This document shows positions 60,701 to 64,000 of a stretch of 64,000 bases of DNA, piece by piece. The stretch is from positions 4,278,001 through 4,342,000 of the forward strand of contig CAIIXF020000001.1 in assembly GCA_903813345.2 (NCBI GenBank). Reading direction: 5' to 3'. Position numbers and translations under genes: made by a program. Source of the DNA: Owenia fusiformis (Eukaryota). The notes beneath the pieces were generated by a model. That model did not search any database and was not told the origin of the DNA. It saw only the letters and a program-made list of their open reading frames with translations. How positions within the stretch are numbered: the first letter of the stretch is position 1; each line of letters starts with the position of its first letter.

Positions 60701-63438
60701 CAACCCAACCATTCCCCATTTGTTTAACATGGGATCTGCCATTTTTGTTAAATTTCATGAAATTCATCAATTTTGACATCAAATTTTGACCCAATATAAT
60801 GGAGATATAACATTGAAACGTTGCGGACTTTTTTGAGGAGTATTATATAAACTCCCCCTCTCAAAAAGCAACTCACGACAATGATTTGGCGCAGTTACAA
60901 ATGCCAAGATCCTAAGAGAATTTCAGAAATACATAAGAGACTCTAAGAGATTCTAGGAGAATCGACAGTGTATATAGTGTAAATAAACCAGTTGCTAAAA
61001 ACACAAAAAAAACAAAAAAAAAAAAATCAATTTTAGAAAATCTGAAATATAAACATTAAAATGCCAGCCACAATAAGCCACATTAAAGTAACAAGTGAAA
61101 AAGTAACGCTGTGCCAGTAATTAGTGTCAAAAAACTACATAGAGACTAATCAAGCAGCATAAAAGTGCTTACTGGATAGAAAGAAAGAAAGATTTCATTT
61201 AGGAAGTTTGAAAAATGACCACCTAACTAGAGGCATGAGAATTTCCCGAGATTTTTTATTTTTTTCAATTAACCCTTTTTCAAAAGTGATGTTGCTTCCA
61301 AAGTAAGCAAATTATTAAGTGTAAAAGTGATCCTAGTGAATTATGGAGTCTTACCACCAATTAATGAACCTCTGTAAGTGGAACATATCCTATTATAAGT
61401 GGAACATTTGTGGACCTGAGGACATTCCACTTAAACATGTTTTAATGAACATACAAATGCATAATAAACTTACAGATGGATCTATCTGGTCATTGGTGAC
61501 GCCTCTCAGGATGGCTTTCAATGGGGTCTTCATAAAGGGAGCCAGACACATAAGTGCCTCAAGGTAATAGCCTATAGATCTTTGTGGATTGCACTCATGT
61601 TCTATGGTCCCACCCTGTAGCATCCCTGGTTGGTAGAATAATGTCGTACCTATGGAAGTATAGAGTACAATACATATCAATGCTTTAATTTGGCTTGCAT
61701 CAAGTGTTTAAGGAATATCTCCTGTATCTTTTTACTAAATATGTGATAGGGTATAGATTATATACAATGTATGAGAGGGTAACTCGGGGACCAATAATAA
61801 AGAATAATGAACCAGACAGAAAAATTTACAAAATATGAATAAACATGTACATTTATGATTAATAATCCTTATCTATCACTTTCTTGAAAGCCCATGCTCA
61901 GATCATGAGGCAAATACAATACTGATTTAATACAAACCTGTATGGCTAACATCTATCTTGGATCCATTAGTGATTTTGTCCAACAGTCGAATGAAACTTG
62001 CTTCAAATTCTGGAAGAATAAAGACAATGATTATAGTACACATAGCAATATGTGATGTGACAGTTTGAAATACCCATAACCACAACCATGGGCTTTCAAC
62101 TAGTTGAAAGCCCATGCCACAACCAAATGATTGTGGACTTTGGAGACAGATGGTGGTGATGGTGGTAACACCAAAAGGTGTTATACCAAATGCCATACAT
62201 GTAATACCGATGCACATTGTAAAGTTTTCCTGCGTGTAACTATCTGCGTGTAACCTTTAAGGGACAATGCAAGAGCAACTTAATTGATAGACAAATTAGT
62301 GATCAAACACATACTATATGTAATTAAAGTTTATTTGGAGTAAAATATTAGACAGTTTTTAAGTTTTGATACGTGATATTCATTAATCAGAATTGACGAA
62401 AATCCTTGGATACTTTGTTTTCTATATACATCAATTACGAAGATTTCATGTACGTAAAACAATGAAGAAATGTCTAAATAGCACCATGAGAGCCAACTGT
62501 TTCCAATCCTGGTATATTTATAAGGAAGTACAGTGGGGGACAAAAATAAAACTCAACGTTCACAAGTTGTCACAATGAGCTAATTTCCAAGTTTCGTGTC
62601 TCAAACTCTCCCAAGCAGTAGAAAAATAATTCCCATTCACTAAAGTAGCACAATAAATGAATCCAAAGCTTCATACCTGCAAATAATGGATAAATCCCTA
62701 CCAAATCGAATGAATGTTTTCATGAATCGCCATGTTTGTTATCCAAGGACGGTTGACTCCCAGAATGCAACATCAGTTACCGTATTTACTCATGACAGGT
62801 TTCAAAATGGAGGAACAGCATTTTGAAAGCTGGCACGTGTCATGTTGCATTCTGGGAGCCAATCCTCCGTTCCGGCGCAATCGGTCTACAAAATCACCTC
62901 AACATTTGAAGAGTCGGCATAACATGTGAATATCCACTTGAATTTTTGAAGTTCTTATTTGTCATTAGGGACACAAATTCCACTATATTTGGACTTACTC
63001 AGACGGTGAAAATAGAGCACTGAATACACTGAGGTAAGAATTCATTACATGTGCGACAGCATGTAATTTTCATAGCTTTTGCAATTCTTTATGATCCCCA
63101 CTGTAAGTTTCGGAAGGGAGGGTGACTTACTAAGGACTCAAGTCTGTGGAAATACCCATGCTTTATTTAGAAAACTACGACAATCAAATGATTGACTTCT
63201 ATAGAATAGATCTAACACCAAATCCATGATCAAATCAGAGAAATTCAACAAAAAAGTAGAAACAAAAATAACAGGCCCAAATAGGCCTAACACTACAACA
63301 GAAATTACCTCGAAGTCCCGGATTATCATCTTTTGATCGAATTTTTTTGATTTTCACAGATTTACCACTGACGGTGGCTAGGATAAGGCGCATTCGAAGA
63401 AAATTGCATCCTTCAAAACTCAGCGTGGTCGATGCCAT
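57586..63438 (-). CDS. RCL1: RNA 3'-terminal phosphate cyclase-like protein RCL1: complement(join(57586-57766,58154-58257,58821-58989,59252-59377,59754-59953,61474-61649,61938-62009,63309-63438)), 385 aa
   Basis: Eight exons totalling 1158 nt in frame; LSFEGCNFLRMRLILATVSGK, RSIGYYLE, RRGAAPDGGGE, SGKSPGFG, GGCVDS, TCVGVGYTN. Confidence 0.95.
58154..58257 (-). CDS. RCL1: RCL1 exon 7 (GGCVDSASQSIACLFMALG...GPLSQY)
   Basis: gcag| ... |gtaagt; 104 nt. Confidence 0.93.
58432..58748 (-). mobile_element. tRNA-derived SINE with a Meta-domain-like core in RCL1 intron 6
   Basis: A box TGGCTCAGTGG, B box GGTTCGATTCC, core TCACGACTCGTATAAAAGGCTGTGGTGTGTAC...GTGCACAAAAAAGAAC, (TAA)n tail. Confidence 0.78.
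58821..58989 (-). CDS. RCL1: RCL1 exon 6 (SPGFGMTLVAET...LLDEIYR)
   Basis: ctag| ... |gtatgt; 169 nt. Confidence 0.93.
59252..59377 (-). CDS. RCL1: RCL1 exon 5 (WAVRVSPATSNRLVDSARG...SQSG)
   Basis: tttag| ... |gtgagt; 126 nt. Confidence 0.92.
59378..59753 (-). other. RCL1: U12-type (minor spliceosome) GT-AG intron in RCL1
   Basis: 5' splice site GTATCCTTTT; TTCCTTAG branch-like motif about 12 nt before the AG; no polypyrimidine tract. Confidence 0.85.
59754..59953 (-). CDS. RCL1: RCL1 exon 4 (IDQLKYSVLP...GKIKRIRGV)
   Basis: ttag| ... |GTATCCTTT (U12-type donor); 200 nt. Confidence 0.92.
60149..60842. mobile_element. Tc1-like MITE in RCL1 intron 3
   Basis: TACTCCTCAAAAAA / TTTTTTGAGGAGTA ends; 57-bp internal inverted repeat at 60287-60343 vs 60774-60830. 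Confidence 0.7.
61474..61649 (-). CDS. RCL1: RCL1 exon 3 (GTTLFYQPG...GVTNDQIDPS)
   Basis: tag| ... |gtaagt; 176 nt. Confidence 0.93.
61938..62009 (-). CDS. RCL1: RCL1 exon 2 (EFEASFIRLLDKITNGSKIDVSHT)
   Basis: ccag| ... |gtttg; 72 nt. Confidence 0.92.
63309..63438 (-). CDS. RCL1: RCL1 exon 1
   Basis: ATG at 63438; donor g|gtaat. Confidence 0.93.
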
Positions 63439-63475
63439 TCTTGTTTTGCGTAATCTGGTAGAGTAATTAGAGCTA

Positions 63476-63484
63476 ACCGGAAGT
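63476..63484. promoter_or_regulatory. ETS-type motif ACCGGAAGT just upstream of the RCL1 ATG
   Basis: Exact consensus about 40 bp from the start codon. Confidence 0.45.
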
Positions 63485-64000
63485 AAAAATAATTCTGGGG
63501 AATATTTCTTCCTTCTTCTTTTTTTAACAAATTGCTCACAACTTACGACTTACAAAAGTATGAATCACTGTTAGGAATATAGTTGGATTATATCTCGTTC
63601 GACAGAAGCTTAGATGGGACCTAAATAAAAAGAATATCAGCAATTATCCGTCTAAATGTAAAGGTAGTATTTTTGTATGAAACTTTTTATTTTTTTATTT
63701 TACTTTTGGTTTTTAGGTACTGTAGTAAGATTGGAATTACGTTGATAACTTTGACCCTGAGAAATTTATATTATATTCACCGCATGTCAACTTACCATGT
63801 GATAGCTCCTTTCAAGGCCTACGTTACATTTTGAAACCTGGCAAACACCACATTACTGTAATGACCATAGGCCAAGGGTAAAGTAATAGTAAGCCGTATA
63901 TAGAAGAGACAGGTGAACAACTAGGATTTAGGCCACTTGTTAACATGGCGATTTTAACATTATTTGTGTATAATTTTCAAAAAACAATGCAGAGTTGATC

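Noticed and set aside
57767-63308. Intronic snoRNAs in RCL1
   Set aside because: No convincing C/D or H/ACA box pair with a terminal stem was seen by eye; a covariance-model search would be needed.
63717-63880. Possible + strand coding exon (DWNYVDNFDPEKF...TIGQG)
   Set aside because: Stop codons follow the best acceptor in that frame and the peptide is not recognisable; it cannot be supported without transcripts.

Overview
AT-rich metazoan genomic DNA, probably a mollusc or other lophotrochozoan (inferred only from the repeat types). It holds three host genes. (1) A + strand TESK-family (testis-specific/cdi-like) kinase: nine coding exons from 9527 to 44834 splice in frame, and the first coding exon was not found in the window. 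(2) A single-coding-exon GT31 beta-1,3-galactosyltransferase-like gene on the - strand (53273-54442). (3) A complete 8-exon RCL1 on the - strand (57586-63438, 385 aa) with one U12-type intron. The main finding is an intact 5.48-kb DIRS1-type tyrosine-recombinase retrotransposon (18388-23871) inside a TESK intron. It has gag, RT/RNaseH/adenine-methyltransferase-like and YR ORFs, non-identical ITRs, and an ICR that matches both ends perfectly. Its sequence suggests a three-way expression scheme: Gag by normal translation, Gag-Pol by -1 frameshifting at T TTT TTA, and the recombinase by splicing out pol as a 1.9-kb GT-AG intron that supplies the ATG the YR ORF lacks. The rest is dense with non-autonomous elements: pogo and mariner MITEs, Helentron-type HINEs with tandem monomers, an Academ-like element carrying a Hero-like RT relic, a CAC..GTG foldback with a 5-bp TSD, a tRNA-SINE, and hairpin elements of possible Crypton/DIRS type. 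All calls were made by eye; no database searches were run.
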